64,000 nucleotides of DNA from Candidatus Omnitrophota bacterium (GTDB lineage: Bacteria; Omnitrophota; Gorgyraeia; Aquiviventales; Aquiviventaceae). How positions within the stretch are numbered: the first letter of the stretch is position 1; each line of letters begins with the position of its first letter. The DNA is taken from contig JAHFGV010000010.1 in NCBI GenBank assembly GCA_023247255.1, positions 2,830 through 66,829 of the forward strand, given 5' to 3'. Positions 1 through 9,741 of the stretch are shown here, one piece after another. The position numbers were made by a program, and so were the translations under genes. Under the pieces are notes generated by a model. The model did not search any database. It was not told where the DNA came from and was given only the letters and a program-made list of their open reading frames with translations.

Positions 1-4
1 CCAG

Positions 5-2158
5 TTGCTGATCTCTATCAGCGGCGTGGCCGTCATTTGCGCGGTGCTTGGTATTGGGATCTTCCTGATTGTGGAAATTGCTCCGCTTTTTTCCGGGGCG
101 CATGTCTCTTCTGGGCTCGCAGCATCCTTCCAGGATCGTCAAACGCTCTTAACCCTCATCGATGAGCACCAAGAAAAGGTTTTTGTAGTAGGAACGGAGC
201 CTCTGGCTAAGGTCGTTAGCCTTGCCGATACTCGGGTGCCCGAGATCATTCCCCTTGCGGGGCTTGAGCATCAGGAGGTAAGTGCTGTTTCCCGTACACT
301 GCGAGAACCCAAGACCGCATTTGGGACGAACGAGGGAATGGTTTGGATTGGGTCCATCCAACTGCAGACGGTCTTTGAAGGTACTCAGCGTACCGTCCGG
401 GTCTCGGTGGAGCCGGATGGTATTGTGCAGGCCATTGCCGGCTATCGAATCACGCAACTGGCGTATCGTGAGGCAGATCAGCGTGCCGTGATGGCAGCTG
501 TGGCCAATCACTCGTCTCTCATCGTGACCCGCATCGCAACCCAACGATCACTGATTGGCCCATCCCGCAGAAGCCTGGACAGCATCAACGTCCCCACCGG
601 ACAATTCGGACATCCAACAGCGCTCCTCATCAATAGGCCATGCACGCAGTTGCTCGCCGCCACATCTGAAGGACTTGTGGTGAGGTGGCACATTCCAGTT
701 GAGGGGTCCCTGGAAGTGATTGAAACGGTTCAGGCGGTTCCAACCGGGGCGGTCACAGCGATGGCCTATTTGCTTGGAGAGCGGTCGATTGCCATTGGTG
801 GAAGCGATGGAAGTGTGGCCACCTGGTCGCTGGTTCGAGACGAGGCCCGAGCTGATGGCCGGCAACTGACTCCGATTCACCGCTTCCCCAGGCATCGGGC
901 TGGTGTTGCGCTCATCACCCCATCACCCAGGGACAAGGGTTTTATCACCGTGTCGAGCGATGGGACGGCACGCCTACACTACATGACATCGGAACGGATA
1001 CTCGCCGAGTTTTCCGTTGGCGAAGGTCCTCTTGTGGCTGACTTTGCGCCAAAGGCCGACGGAGTGATAATCACGGGTTCCTCCGGAACCTTGCATCACT
1101 GGTGGATCGTCAATCCCCATCCAGAATTTAGCTGGGCGATGCTGTTTGGCAAGCTCTGGTATGAGGGGTATGACCAGCCGGACTACGTTTGGCAGTCAAC
1201 AGGTGGCACGGACGACTTTGAACCGAAATTCAGCTTGGTGCCGCTCATCTTCGGAACCCTCAAGGGCACCTTCTATGCGCTGCTATTTGCCGTGCCCCTC
1301 GCCCTTTTTGGGGCGCTGTATTGCGCACAATTTCTCGACAAGCGACTGCGCAACCCTGTGAAATCAGCCATTGAGCTCATGGCAGCGCTACCCAGTGTGG
1401 TGCTCGGATTTGTCGCTGGGGTGATCCTTGCCCCGATGGTGGAACGCCACATCGTTGCCGTATTGTCGCTTCCCGTGGTCGTCCCGCTTGTGACGATCGG
1501 AGGGATGGGGTTGTGTTCGTCGATAACGGTTCCTGTCGTGAAGGCGGCTGTGCGTCGCCATGAGTTTTGGATTCTCATGGCGTGGGTTGTCCTAGGAATT
1601 GTGGTTTCCGTGTGGCTTGGTGCTTGGATCGAAGGCCTCTTATTTGGTGGAGACTTCGAGGGCTGGCTGCTCCGTACAACCCAGGTTCGCTACGATCAGC
1701 GCAATGCCCTAGTGGTTGGCTGGGTTATGGGATTTGCCGTGATTCCCATTATCTTCACCATCTGTGAGGACGCGTTCTCCTCGGTCCCGCGTCATTTGGT
1801 CGGAGCCTCATTGGCGTGCGGGGCCTCCTTGTGGCAGACCGCATGGCGGGTTGTCTTGCCGGCGGCTGGCTCGGGCGTCTTTTCAGGCATCATGGTTGGG
1901 TTCGGGCGCGCAGTCGGGGAGACGATGATTGTCCTCATGGCCACAGGCAATACCCCGGTCATTGATTGGAGTCTCTTCAACGGGTTCCGAGCCTTGTCTG
2001 CCAACATCGCCGTGGAAATCTCCGAAGCCCCGTACGGAAGCACGCTCTATCGAGTGTTGTTTCTCTCTTCATTGTTGCTTCTTGCGATCACCTCAGTGGT
2101 TAATACAGCAGCTGAGCTGATCCGATTACGGCTCAGAGCGCGGCTCAAAGGACTCTAA
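5..2158 (+). CDS. pstC: Phosphate ABC transporter permease PstC, long form with N-terminal WD40-like/beta-propeller-like periplasmic extension; 5' end truncated by the window edge
   Basis: C-terminal half has multi-TM ABC permease topology and an EAA-like loop (GFGRAVGETMIVLMATGNTP). The N-terminal ~350 aa contain WD-like motifs (GSDGSVATWSL, SSDGTARLHY). It is directly followed by pstA, pstB and phoU. Confidence 0.8.
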   Translation: MLISISGVAVICAVLGIGIFLIVEIAPLFSGAHVSSGLAASFQDRQTLLTLIDEHQEKVFVVGTEPLAKVVSLADTRVPEIIPLAGLEHQEVSAVSRTLREPKTAFGTNEGMVWIGSIQLQTVFEGTQRTVRVSVEPDGIVQAIAGYRITQLAYREADQRAVMAAVANHSSLIVTRIATQRSLIGPSRRSLDSINVPTGQFGHPTALLINRPCTQLLAATSEGLVVRWHIPVEGSLEVIETVQAVPTGAVTAMAYLLGERSIAIGGSDGSVATWSLVRDEARADGRQLTPIHRFPRHRAGVALITPSPRDKGFITVSSDGTARLHYMTSERILAEFSVGEGPLVADFAPKADGVIITGSSGTLHHWWIVNPHPEFSWAMLFGKLWYEGYDQPDYVWQSTGGTDDFEPKFSLVPLIFGTLKGTFYALLFAVPLALFGALYCAQFLDKRLRNPVKSAIELMAALPSVVLGFVAGVILAPMVERHIVAVLSLPVVVPLVTIGGMGLCSSITVPVVKAAVRRHEFWILMAWVVLGIVVSVWLGAWIEGLLFGGDFEGWLLRTTQVRYDQRNALVVGWVMGFAVIPIIFTICEDAFSSVPRHLVGASLACGASLWQTAWRVVLPAAGSGVFSGIMVGFGRAVGETMIVLMATGNTPVIDWSLFNGFRALSANIAVEISEAPYGSTLYRVLFLSSLLLLAITSVVNTAAELIRLRLRARLKGL

Positions 2159-2161
2159 AAG

Positions 2162-3817
2162 ATGTCGCCATCACGTTGGACCTCAAGACATTGGCAGCAG
2201 TCTCTGGATCTTGCTCCCGTCTGGCTGTCAGGAGCCATGCTGAGCGTAGCTCTGCTGATGATTGTTGCGCTGGTCGGACTAATCATGGGGCGTGGCTTCA
2301 GCGCCTTGTGGCCTGTTCCACTGTGGCAGATCACCCTGAAAAATGGATCATCGCACTTAGGGTTGATCCATGCCACCGAATTCATTCCACAAACCGGCGA
2401 CAGTGTGAAGAAACCGCTGCGTCGAACGCTGTTTCGAATCGGAAACCGCGATCTCTATGGAAACGATTTTGTCTGGATTGACGATGATCAAGTCATTTCC
2501 CGTATGCATCCGGCTGACGTCGTTATCATCGAGCGGCTGGAATGGGGCCCCTTCTATGGCTTCCTCAAACAGATGCGGATACGAGGCGAGGCCATTGAGC
2601 GTCAGGGACCCCAGCTGTGGACAGTGCTCCAACAGCAACTGCCTCGTGCGCGTCGTCGCTATCGTGCCATTCAACACCTTCAGCGCAGGACGATCGGTGA
2701 CATCAGCGCAGCCATGGAGCAGCATCGCCTGGCGCTTAGACGCTTGGAGCTCCGCAGCCGCCTCACCACTCCACAAGGACAGGCGCAGGCTAGGGCCCAC
2801 CAAACGGCCATCGCAAAATTCCAACAGCAATACACACACGTCGCTGAGCAGTTAAATCGTCAGCGGGAGGACGATGCCACTTATCGTATCGTGCTTACTG
2901 ACGTCAATGGGCGGACGAAGGAACTGCCGATATCCGCCATCGTGCGGACCTATCAGCCCAATCGGTTGACTTTGGTTGGACGCGTGGGCGTGTACCTCGA
3001 CCGGCTAAGGGAGTTTGTCTTTGGGCAGCCTCGTGAGGCGAACTCAGAAGGCGGTGTGGCTCCAGCGATCTTTGGGACTGTGATGATGACGCTGCTGATG
3101 AGTCTGGCGGTGGTACCCTTAGGGGTCTTGGCCGCCCTCTACCTTCATGAGTATGCCAGGCAGGGGTTCTTGGTGTCCCTGGTTCGCATTGCGGTGAACA
3201 ACCTCGCAGGCGTGCCATCCATCGTCTTCGGGGTGTTTGGGCTTGGATTCTTTTGCTATCTGATTGGGGGGACGATTGATCATCTCTGGTTCCCAGAACA
3301 GCTGCCGGCACCCACTTTTGGAGGTGGGGCCATCCTCTGGGCTTCGTTAACGTTGGCATTGTTGACCGTGCCGGTGGTGATTGTTGCCACGGAAGAAGCA
3401 CTCGCTGCGGTTCCAGACGGATTGCGGGCCGCTTCACTGGCCTGCGGGGCGACGAAATTTCAAACGATCTGCCGCGCGGTCCTGCCTTCAGCGCTTCCGG
3501 GGATTCTGACGGGTACGATCCTAGCGATGGCTCGCGGAGCGGGAGAAGTTGCACCGTTGATGATCACTGGCGTTGTCAAACTGGCGCCGAACCTACCCCT
3601 CGATCATGTGCCGCCGTTTGTGCATCTTGAGCGGAAATTCATGCACCTCGGATTTCACATCTATGACCTTGGCTTCCAATCTCCGAACATTGAGGCCTCA
3701 AAAGCGATGGTCTATATGACCGCACTGCTTCTCCTGACGATTGTTGTATGCTTGAACCTGGCCGCCATGTGGATCCGCGGCCGTCTGCGCGAACGATTCC
3801 GCGGGGCAGAAGTCTAG
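2162..3817 (+). CDS. pstA: Phosphate ABC transporter permease PstA (long form, N-terminal extension)
   Basis: C-terminal permease core with EAA motif ([14 protein letters not shown]). Position between pstC and pstB. 4-bp gap from pstC. Confidence 0.8.
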   Translation: MSPSRWTSRHWQQSLDLAPVWLSGAMLSVALLMIVALVGLIMGRGFSALWPVPLWQITLKNGSSHLGLIHATEFIPQTGDSVKKPLRRTLFRIGNRDLYGNDFVWIDDDQVISRMHPADVVIIERLEWGPFYGFLKQMRIRGEAIERQGPQLWTVLQQQLPRARRRYRAIQHLQRRTIGDISAAMEQHRLALRRLELRSRLTTPQGQAQARAHQTAIAKFQQQYTHVAEQLNRQREDDATYRIVLTDVNGRTKELPISAIVRTYQPNRLTLVGRVGVYLDRLREFVFGQPREANSEGGVAPAIFGTVMMTLLMSLAVVPLGVLAALYLHEYARQGFLVSLVRIAVNNLAGVPSIVFGVFGLGFFCYLIGGTIDHLWFPEQLPAPTFGGGAILWASLTLALLTVPVVIVATEEALAAVPDGLRAASLACGATKFQTICRAVLPSALPGILTGTILAMARGAGEVAPLMITGVVKLAPNLPLDHVPPFVHLERKFMHLGFHIYDLGFQSPNIEASKAMVYMTALLLLTIVVCLNLAAMWIRGRLRERFRGAEV

Positions 3818-3818
3818 C

Positions 3819-4685
3819 ATGCAAGGCAGATCGATGATGAATAGTCCACTCCTTACGGCTGGACGGCCATCTGTGGTTGTGCGCCGCCCAGGCACTTCAC
3901 CGGCAGCGCCTTCCTCTGTGGAAGGCCGTCCCAATATCGCGATCGAGGTTGAACAGCTTAGTGTTTGGTACGGCAAGATCGAGGCGATTAAGCATGTCAC
4001 GATGCAGATACCCGAGCGACGGGTGACTGCGCTCATTGGTCCGTCAGGGTGCGGCAAGTCCACGCTCATCCGGTGTTTCAACCGGCTCAATGATCTCATC
4101 GAAGGGTTGCGGATCGAAGGTCGCATTAGGCTATACGGACAAGACATCTTTGACCCAAGCAGGGATGTCATTACGCTGCGCAAGCGGGTCGGCATGGTGT
4201 TTCAGAAATCCAATCCATTCCCGAAGTCGATCTACGAGAACGTCGTCTACGGACTCCGCGTGAACGGAGAAGGGAGACGTGCAGTGCTTGATTCCACTGT
4301 TGAGGAAAGCCTCAACCGAGCGGCTTTATGGGATGAAGTCAAAGACCGGTTATATACGAGTGCGCTTCGGCTTTCTGGTGGCCAGCAGCAACGTCTCTGT
4401 ATCGCACGAGCCATCGCTACTGAACCCGAAGTGCTGTTGCTTGATGAGCCCTGTTCGGCGCTTGACCCGATTGCAACCGCAAAGATCGAGGAACTCCTGT
4501 ACACTCTCAAGGAACGCTATACCATCATCATTGTCACACACAATATGCAGCAAGCGGCGCGGGTATCAGACTTCACTGGATTTCTCCTCATGGGTGAGCT
4601 GATCGAGTTCGATGCGACAGACAAGCTCTTTACAACACCACACGATCCACGGACGGAGGCGTACATTACCGGGCGCTTTGGATGA
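3819..4685 (+). CDS. pstB: Phosphate ABC transporter ATP-binding protein PstB
   Basis: Walker [13 protein letters not shown] signature [14 protein letters not shown], Walker B LLLDEP. N-terminal start uncertain (alternative ATG at 3834). Confidence 0.9.
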   Translation: MQGRSMMNSPLLTAGRPSVVVRRPGTSPAAPSSVEGRPNIAIEVEQLSVWYGKIEAIKHVTMQIPERRVTALIGPSGCGKSTLIRCFNRLNDLIEGLRIEGRIRLYGQDIFDPSRDVITLRKRVGMVFQKSNPFPKSIYENVVYGLRVNGEGRRAVLDSTVEESLNRAALWDEVKDRLYTSALRLSGGQQQRLCIARAIATEPEVLLLDEPCSALDPIATAKIEELLYTLKERYTIIIVTHNMQQAARVSDFTGFLLMGELIEFDATDKLFTTPHDPRTEAYITGRFG

Positions 4686-5395
4686 GTAGCACAAACGGAT
4701 ACGCAGTAAGTGCTTGGAACGGGAGGCAGATGATGCAGCGGCACATCGATGTTGAGCTGGCAGGGATCAAAGAGGCACTGATTCGTATGGCCAGTTTAGC
4801 CGAAGGAGCGATTGGACGCTCTATAAAGGCGCTTGTGAGTCGCAATGCGGAGATGGCGCATCAGGTCATCTCCTCGGATGATGCGATCAATACGTTGGAA
4901 ATCGAGATCGATGAGCTGTGTCTTCGGACCATGGCCCGTTACCAACCTGAAGCCAAGGACCTGCGCTTCCTCGCGATGGTACTCAAAATCAACAACGATC
5001 TCGAGCGCATGGGCGATCAGGCGGTCAACATCGCCGAGCGTACTCTCGATCTTCTAAAGGAACCACTCCTCAAACCGCTCATTGACATCCCACGGATGGC
5101 CGAGATCGCCCAACGCATGGTCAAGGAGAGCCTCGATGCCTTCGTGCAACAGGACCCTGAACGTGCGAGATCAGTTTGTCGACAGGACGATCAGGTTGAC
5201 CGCCTTGATGATCAAATTTTTCGCGAACTCCTTACCTACATGATGGAAGATCCTAAGACGATTACTCGATCGGTACATCTGATCCTGGTCAGCCGACACC
5301 TGGAGCGGATTGCTGATCATGCGACGAACATCGCCGAAGATGTTGTCTATCTTATTCAGGGGAAAACCATCAAACACCACGCAGCTGACGAATGA
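4682..5395 (+). CDS. phoU: Phosphate uptake regulator PhoU
   Basis: Two PhoU repeats ([34 protein letters not shown]). 4-bp overlap with the pstB stop. An alternative start at the internal MMQRH is possible. Confidence 0.85.
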   Translation: MSSTNGYAVSAWNGRQMMQRHIDVELAGIKEALIRMASLAEGAIGRSIKALVSRNAEMAHQVISSDDAINTLEIEIDELCLRTMARYQPEAKDLRFLAMVLKINNDLERMGDQAVNIAERTLDLLKEPLLKPLIDIPRMAEIAQRMVKESLDAFVQQDPERARSVCRQDDQVDRLDDQIFRELLTYMMEDPKTITRSVHLILVSRHLERIADHATNIAEDVVYLIQGKTIKHHAADE

Positions 5396-5725
5396 ACTTA
5401 CAAGCAGGCCCTCCCCGTTGATTCGATTCGCGTCCACTCCGGGAAGCCGAGTCCCGCGCGTTTCAAACCAAGGCTTTAAGCCCGATACTCGCGCCTCTTG
5501 ATCCCAGCGCTCTTGCGGTGTAAGGTGGAGCTGCTCCCATCGAATGAGATTCTTACGTCGTTTCCTCGGGATCGCGCTCATCGTTTGCTTCGCGCTATGG
5601 CAGATTGAGTGGCCTGCGCTGGCGGCTGAGGCACAGATCGCCTCTGCTTCGCTGGCTGGACTTTCCGCAATTCGAAGGAACAGTCAAAATGGGCACTTGA
5701 CGGCATGACTCAGGCCGCTTATAGT

Positions 5726-5745
5726 TATACCAACTGGTAGGTATA
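5726..5745. promoter_or_regulatory. Near-perfect 20-bp palindrome TATACCAACTGGTAGGTATA overlapping the -10 region of the TetR gene; candidate TetR operator (copy 1 of 3)
   Basis: 8 of 10 symmetric positions match. The same core ATACCAACTGGTAGGT recurs at 63408-63423, immediately 5' of the paralogous TetR, and a variant at 6379-6394. Confidence 0.6.
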
Positions 5746-5748
5746 ATA

Positions 5749-6354
5749 GTGAGGACAGCCCTAGAACCTTCCCCAACCAAAGAGAAGCTCCTCGACGCCG
5801 CCCAGCGGCTGATGCTGGCCAAAGGCTTTGTCGCCACCACGGTGGATGATATCTGTGAGGCAGCCGAGGTGACGAAGGGCAGTTTCTTCCATTACTTTGA
5901 GAGCAAGGATCAGTTAGGTCGGGAGGTCCTGAAGCGCTTCTGTGCGTCTGGAGAGAAGATACACCGGGCATTGTGCGGCAGTGAGACGGATCCGCTCAAG
6001 CGAGTCTACGCCTATATTGACAATACGATCAAGATGTCCAAAGATCCGTCCATGAGCAAAGGCTGCCTGCTTGGACTGTTCTCGCAGGAGCTCTGCGACA
6101 CCAACCCACAGATCCGCGCCGCCTGCAAGAAGGGTTTTGACGACTGGGCAAAAGGCTTTGGGCAAGAGGTAGCGAAGGCGAAGGCAGCATACGCCTCACG
6201 AGCCCAGTTTAACCCTCAAGAACTTGCGGAACATCTGATTGCCGTGATGGAAGGGTCCATGATCCTGGGCAAGGTTCGGCATGACAGGTTGATTGTGGGG
6301 AAGAACCTGACTCATTTTAAGGCCTACGTCAAGAGCCTGTTCGAGCGCGCGTAA
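5749..6354 (+). CDS. TetR/AcrR family transcriptional regulator
   Basis: N-terminal HTH LLDAAQRLMLAKGFVATTVDDICEAAEVTKGSFFHYFESKDQL. GTG start at 5749. A paralogue with about 70% N-terminal identity lies at 63426. Confidence 0.85.
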   Translation: MRTALEPSPTKEKLLDAAQRLMLAKGFVATTVDDICEAAEVTKGSFFHYFESKDQLGREVLKRFCASGEKIHRALCGSETDPLKRVYAYIDNTIKMSKDPSMSKGCLLGLFSQELCDTNPQIRAACKKGFDDWAKGFGQEVAKAKAAYASRAQFNPQELAEHLIAVMEGSMILGKVRHDRLIVGKNLTHFKAYVKSLFERA

Positions 6355-6378
6355 GGCCCTTCTTTTTTGAGCTAAGAG

Positions 6379-6394
6379 ATACCGACTGGTTGGT
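6379..6394. promoter_or_regulatory. Variant copy of the TetR-associated palindrome (ATACCGACTGGTTGGT) upstream of the Cys-rich protein gene
   Basis: Core ACCGACTGGT resembles ACCAACTGGT of the other two sites. It lies 140 nt upstream of the 6532 start, after a T-run that follows the tetR stop. Confidence 0.4.
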
Positions 6395-6531
6395 TTCAAT
6401 ATACAGACTTCTGGTTAGCTAGAAAGGAGGTGAGTCGGATGGATGAAGGCGATGTCGTCGGAGCATGACCGAGCATGTGATGGGCGCAAGGTCAATAGGG
6501 TGTTCACTGTCAAACTCAAAGGAGTCGAATA

Positions 6532-6891
6532 ATGTCAGCAGTCTGTTCAACAAGTGGTGGGTCGTGTGAGACGGAATCTGGCGCGTGTGGCGACGAACCC
6601 TGTGAGTCTTCGAGTAGCTGCTGCAAGGCGTGTGGAACCCAGTGTGGTGGCGATCCCATGGCGTGCGCGACAGCGATGTGGGGTCAATCGTTCTTTCAAG
6701 CCATGAAAGCGGCTCAGGTCGATGTGCTGAAGGTCAAAATTCAGAAGGCCTGGGGGGCCAAGATGGACAAGGCCGCGGATGCCGTGATTGAGGCGATGGG
6801 TGTGCACTGGCAGTCCATGTTGGCGCAAGCCAAGGCCAAAGCCGAGCTCAAAGCGCGTCTGTCCGGTCTCTGGCAGGAGGGCCAAAAGTAA
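6532..6891 (+). CDS. Small hypothetical protein with Cys-rich N-terminus (9 Cys in 45 aa) and helical Lys/Ala-rich C-terminus; possible metal-binding protein
   Basis: MSAVCSTSGGSCETESGACGDEPCESSSSCCKACGTQCGGDPMAC followed by an amphipathic helical segment. RBS AAAGGAG lies upstream. Confidence 0.5.
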   Translation: MSAVCSTSGGSCETESGACGDEPCESSSSCCKACGTQCGGDPMACATAMWGQSFFQAMKAAQVDVLKVKIQKAWGAKMDKAADAVIEAMGVHWQSMLAQAKAKAELKARLSGLWQEGQK

Positions 6892-6907
6892 GTTGGAAGG
6901 AACCAGG

Positions 6908-7327
6908 ATGACGAAGCGGGTTGGGGGCCAGGAACTTTCCCGGAGCTCCCACCCGCCGTTTCCGGTCACGAACAGCGAGGAGAACCATGAACACGATGCC
7001 ATCACAGGAAACCAGCTCGACGATCACTCGGGCGCTCACCCTGCCCTGCCAACAGGGTTGCATCTGCGTGTGGCGGCGGTGATCGTGACCATGGCGAAGC
7101 TGTTTCACTCGATAATCTCCTTCGTTTCAGGGTCGCAACGCGCGGATGCGAAATCGATCCTGAGCCTGTTGCGGCTCGGGGCGGTCGGCAAAGCGCCACT
7201 CGTCCTGACGGCCAGCGGCCAGGATGCGGACCGGGCGATTCGGGGGCTTGGGGACCCGTTCGAATCGAAGCGCGTGCTCTGCAAAGACGCAGGCCAACTG
7301 GCGCACGCGCGATGGGAGGATGGATGA
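6908..7327 (+). CDS. HPr-family phosphocarrier-like protein with ~50-aa N-terminal extension
   Basis: The C-terminal 90 aa align to HPr: TGLHLRVAAVIV (GLHARPA-like, with the active-site His), AKSILSLLRLGAVGKAPLVLTASGQDADRAIRGL. ATG at 6908 is preceded by GGAAGGA. The upstream part of the tracked ORF (6788-6907) overlaps the preceding gene and is probably not translated. Confidence 0.55.
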   Translation: MTKRVGGQELSRSSHPPFPVTNSEENHEHDAITGNQLDDHSGAHPALPTGLHLRVAAVIVTMAKLFHSIISFVSGSQRADAKSILSLLRLGAVGKAPLVLTASGQDADRAIRGLGDPFESKRVLCKDAGQLAHARWEDG

Positions 7328-8361
7328 ACCGCGACGACGCACACCTCACTTTGCTGGCCGATGTCAGCAGGGCCAGCGGACAGTCCAGCGCCGCGCAGGG
7401 TGAGTCCTCGCAGAACCCTGATGCCGAGCTACTCGATGCCTACTCCCGGGCGGTCATCGGGGTCGTGGAGCGCGTCGGCCCGGCCGTCGTCAGCATTCAG
7501 GCCGGCTGGCGGCTGCGAGGTCGAGGCGTTCACCGGGGAGGAGCCGGCTCCGGCGTCATCATTGCCCCTGATGGCTACATCCTCACCAACAGCCATGTCG
7601 TCCATGAGGCCAACCACGTAGAGGCCACGCTGACCGATGGCCGAGATCTTGAGGCGAACCTGGTCGGCGAGGATCCGGCCTTGGATCTGGCGGTGATTCG
7701 GGTCCAGGAGACGGTTCGTCTGCCCTATGCGGGGCTGGGCGAATCGGCGTCCTTGCGGGCGGGTCAGCTCGTGATCGCCATAGGGAATCCCCTGGGCTTT
7801 CAGTCCACGGTGTCCACGGGGGTGGTGAGCTCCACTGGGCGCTTCTGGCGGACAGAAGAGGGACGGCTCATCGACAACATCATCCAGCACACGGCTCCGC
7901 TGAACCCAGGGAATTCCGGAGGGCCGCTGGTCGATTCCCAGGGACGCGTGGTTGGCATCAACACGGCGATGATTCTCGGCGCACAGGGGATCAGCTTTGC
8001 GATTCCCGCTGATACGGTCACGTGGGTCGTCTCACAACTGCTGCAATACGGTCGGGTACGGCGGGCGTATTTGGGGATCGCCGGCCGGCCCCTGCGAGTG
8101 GATCGGCGGCTCGCCCAGTTCCTCCAGGTGGCCAGCGAGCGCGCCGTGGAGGTCATGGTCGTGGAGTTCGGGACTCCAGCCGACCGGGCGGGACTGAGGG
8201 AAGGCGATCTCATTGTAGCGGTCAATGGGCGTGCGGTGACCAGCATCGATGATGTGCACCGGTTCTTGGCGGAGTGGCCGATTGCGCACTCGACCACGCT
8301 GACCATCATCCGGGGCACCGAGCGGCTGGAATTGACTATCGTGCCGACTGAGGCGCCCTAG
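7312..8361 (+). CDS. Trypsin-like serine protease of the HtrA/DegP (S1C) family with C-terminal PDZ domain; no evident signal peptide
   Basis: Catalytic triad motifs TNSHVV, DLAVIRV, GNSGGPL. PDZ-like C-terminus (GDLIVAVNGRAVTSIDDV). The N-terminus lacks a hydrophobic segment. Confidence 0.8.
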   Translation: MGGWMNRDDAHLTLLADVSRASGQSSAAQGESSQNPDAELLDAYSRAVIGVVERVGPAVVSIQAGWRLRGRGVHRGGAGSGVIIAPDGYILTNSHVVHEANHVEATLTDGRDLEANLVGEDPALDLAVIRVQETVRLPYAGLGESASLRAGQLVIAIGNPLGFQSTVSTGVVSSTGRFWRTEEGRLIDNIIQHTAPLNPGNSGGPLVDSQGRVVGINTAMILGAQGISFAIPADTVTWVVSQLLQYGRVRRAYLGIAGRPLRVDRRLAQFLQVASERAVEVMVVEFGTPADRAGLREGDLIVAVNGRAVTSIDDVHRFLAEWPIAHSTTLTIIRGTERLELTIVPTEAP

Positions 8362-8391
8362 CATTCGTCGCGCAATCACAGGGGGCTACAC

Positions 8392-8811
8392 ATGCCATCG
8401 ACCGATGCGGGCCAGATACTCGCTTGCGGATCCTTGCCGGCGGGAGCGCTCTTGGAGCAACTCCGTTGGCGGTACGCCACCAAAAAGTTTGATCCCCAGC
8501 GCAAGATTCCGGCAGAAAACTGTAAGATCCTTGAAGAGGTACTGGTATGCAGCCCATCGTCCTTCGGACTGCAGCCGTGGAGGTTTGTCGTGGTGACCGA
8601 TCCGTCGGTGCGCGAACGGCTGCGGGACGTCTCCTGGAATCAAGCGCAAGTCGTGGACGCATCACATCTGGTGGTGTTTGCGATCAAGAAGGACCTTAAC
8701 GCAGAGGACGTCGAACGCTACGTACAGCGAATAGCGCAGGTGCGTGGGGTGAGTCTGGACACGTTGAGCCACTACAAGACTGGTCTTGGATACTTGCGTT
8801 CAAGTTTCTAG
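8392..8811 (+). pseudogene. Nitroreductase-family protein, probably C-terminally truncated (139 aa versus ~200-220 typical)
   Basis: N-terminal nitroreductase motifs (RWRYATKKFD, SPSSFGLQPWRFVVV, DASHLVVF). The ORF stops inside the left arm of a 19-bp inverted repeat at 8793-8867, just before the IS insertion. Confidence 0.5.
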
Positions 8812-8867
8812 CGCAACACGAGTATCCTGGTGCAAACCAGGAGAAAGGAGTTGCGCTAGAAACTTGA
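8793..8867. repeat. Perfect 19-bp inverted repeat (TTCAAGTTTCTAGCGCAAC / GTTGCGCTAGAAACTTGAA) with a 37-nt loop containing a nested hairpin (CCTGGTGCAAACCAGG)
   Basis: Read directly. It lies between the nitroreductase stop and the IS left end. Possible terminator or structured element. Confidence 0.6.
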
Positions 8868-8932
8868 AACCGCCATTAAAAGAAAGGCAACTATCCCTTT
8901 ACACCAAGTAGTTTGACTGATAGAATTGGCGC

Positions 8933-9586
8933 ATGTTTTTCTTCGCAGACATTTCATCGTTTCTCTGGCAATGTTTCTTGCATTACCGTTGGATTCTTTC
9001 CATCATTATCCTGGAGAGCATCGCAATGATCGATTTTTTCTCTCCAGGATTCAGCGAAAGATTACTTCCAAAACGCAAGAGAAGAAAATGGATTCGCGTG
9101 GTACTGCTCGTCGGGCTTCCTATTTCAACCTATTGGGCCTACCATGATGCTAAAAATGAGACACGTGCCCTTCAAAAGAGATTTGACCAATACAAACAAG
9201 AACATACGATTTCCATAGAAGACCTCAAGAAACACATTTTTCTCACTGAACGGTATGGGAGAGAATGGCAACGCACAAATGATGCGCAAATTGTTTTTTT
9301 AAGGAAAGAGGGGCAACCGGATGTCTTATGGAAGTCCTATAATCCAAATCTTCCTGAAGACCCAACGCAGTGGCCGCGACTGACTCCATTTTTGGTGCAT
9401 CAGATCTTTGGTTTTATTACCCCTGACGTGGCTATTTATTTGAAAATTCCAAAGGAGATTACCGTAAAAATTCTGCAAGGACACATTGAGCCGCCCCCTG
9501 ATTACATGTGGACATATGGTGCGAGCGATAGCAAGTGGAACCACTATTACACAAAGATACCGGCTGGTGCGACAGAAAAAAAATAG
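8933..9586 (+). CDS. Hypothetical protein (low-GC passenger gene inside the IS1595-family element), one predicted TM segment
   Basis: 217-aa ORF in an AT-rich segment. Hydrophobic stretch IRVVLLVGLPISTYWAY. No recognisable domain. Confidence 0.45.
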   Translation: MFFFADISSFLWQCFLHYRWILSIIILESIAMIDFFSPGFSERLLPKRKRRKWIRVVLLVGLPISTYWAYHDAKNETRALQKRFDQYKQEHTISIEDLKKHIFLTERYGREWQRTNDAQIVFLRKEGQPDVLWKSYNPNLPEDPTQWPRLTPFLVHQIFGFITPDVAIYLKIPKEITVKILQGHIEPPPDYMWTYGASDSKWNHYYTKIPAGATEKK

Positions 9587-9741
9587 GCAGTGGTGTGATC
9601 CAATCGTTAGCGTTGAAGTTTCCCCGTCCTGCTACTTATCCGATAGAGTATATTCTCTCTTTCCCAATTATGGGATTTGGAGATATTGCGGGGACGTTTT
9701 ACATTGAATCAAAATGAGAAAAAAGGACTTTGAACGTCTGA

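Noticed and set aside
149-1578. Several 60-130-aa ORFs on both strands inside pstC (149-544 minus, 282-491 plus, 548-895 minus, 1273-1578 minus)
   Set aside because: They are fully embedded in a long, well-supported permease ORF, have no RBS or domain signal, and are typical high-GC antisense artefacts.
2357-3554. Long minus-strand ORFs (160 and 216 aa) opposite pstA
   Set aside because: Pro/Arg-rich low-complexity translations characteristic of GC-rich antisense frames. pstA on the plus strand has permease motifs.
6788-6907. Upstream extension of the HPr-like ORF (ATG 6788) overlapping the Cys-rich protein gene by 100 nt
   Set aside because: The extension is Arg/Pro/Lys-rich without homology. 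An internal ATG at 6908 with a GGAAGGA RBS gives a start right after the upstream gene ends.
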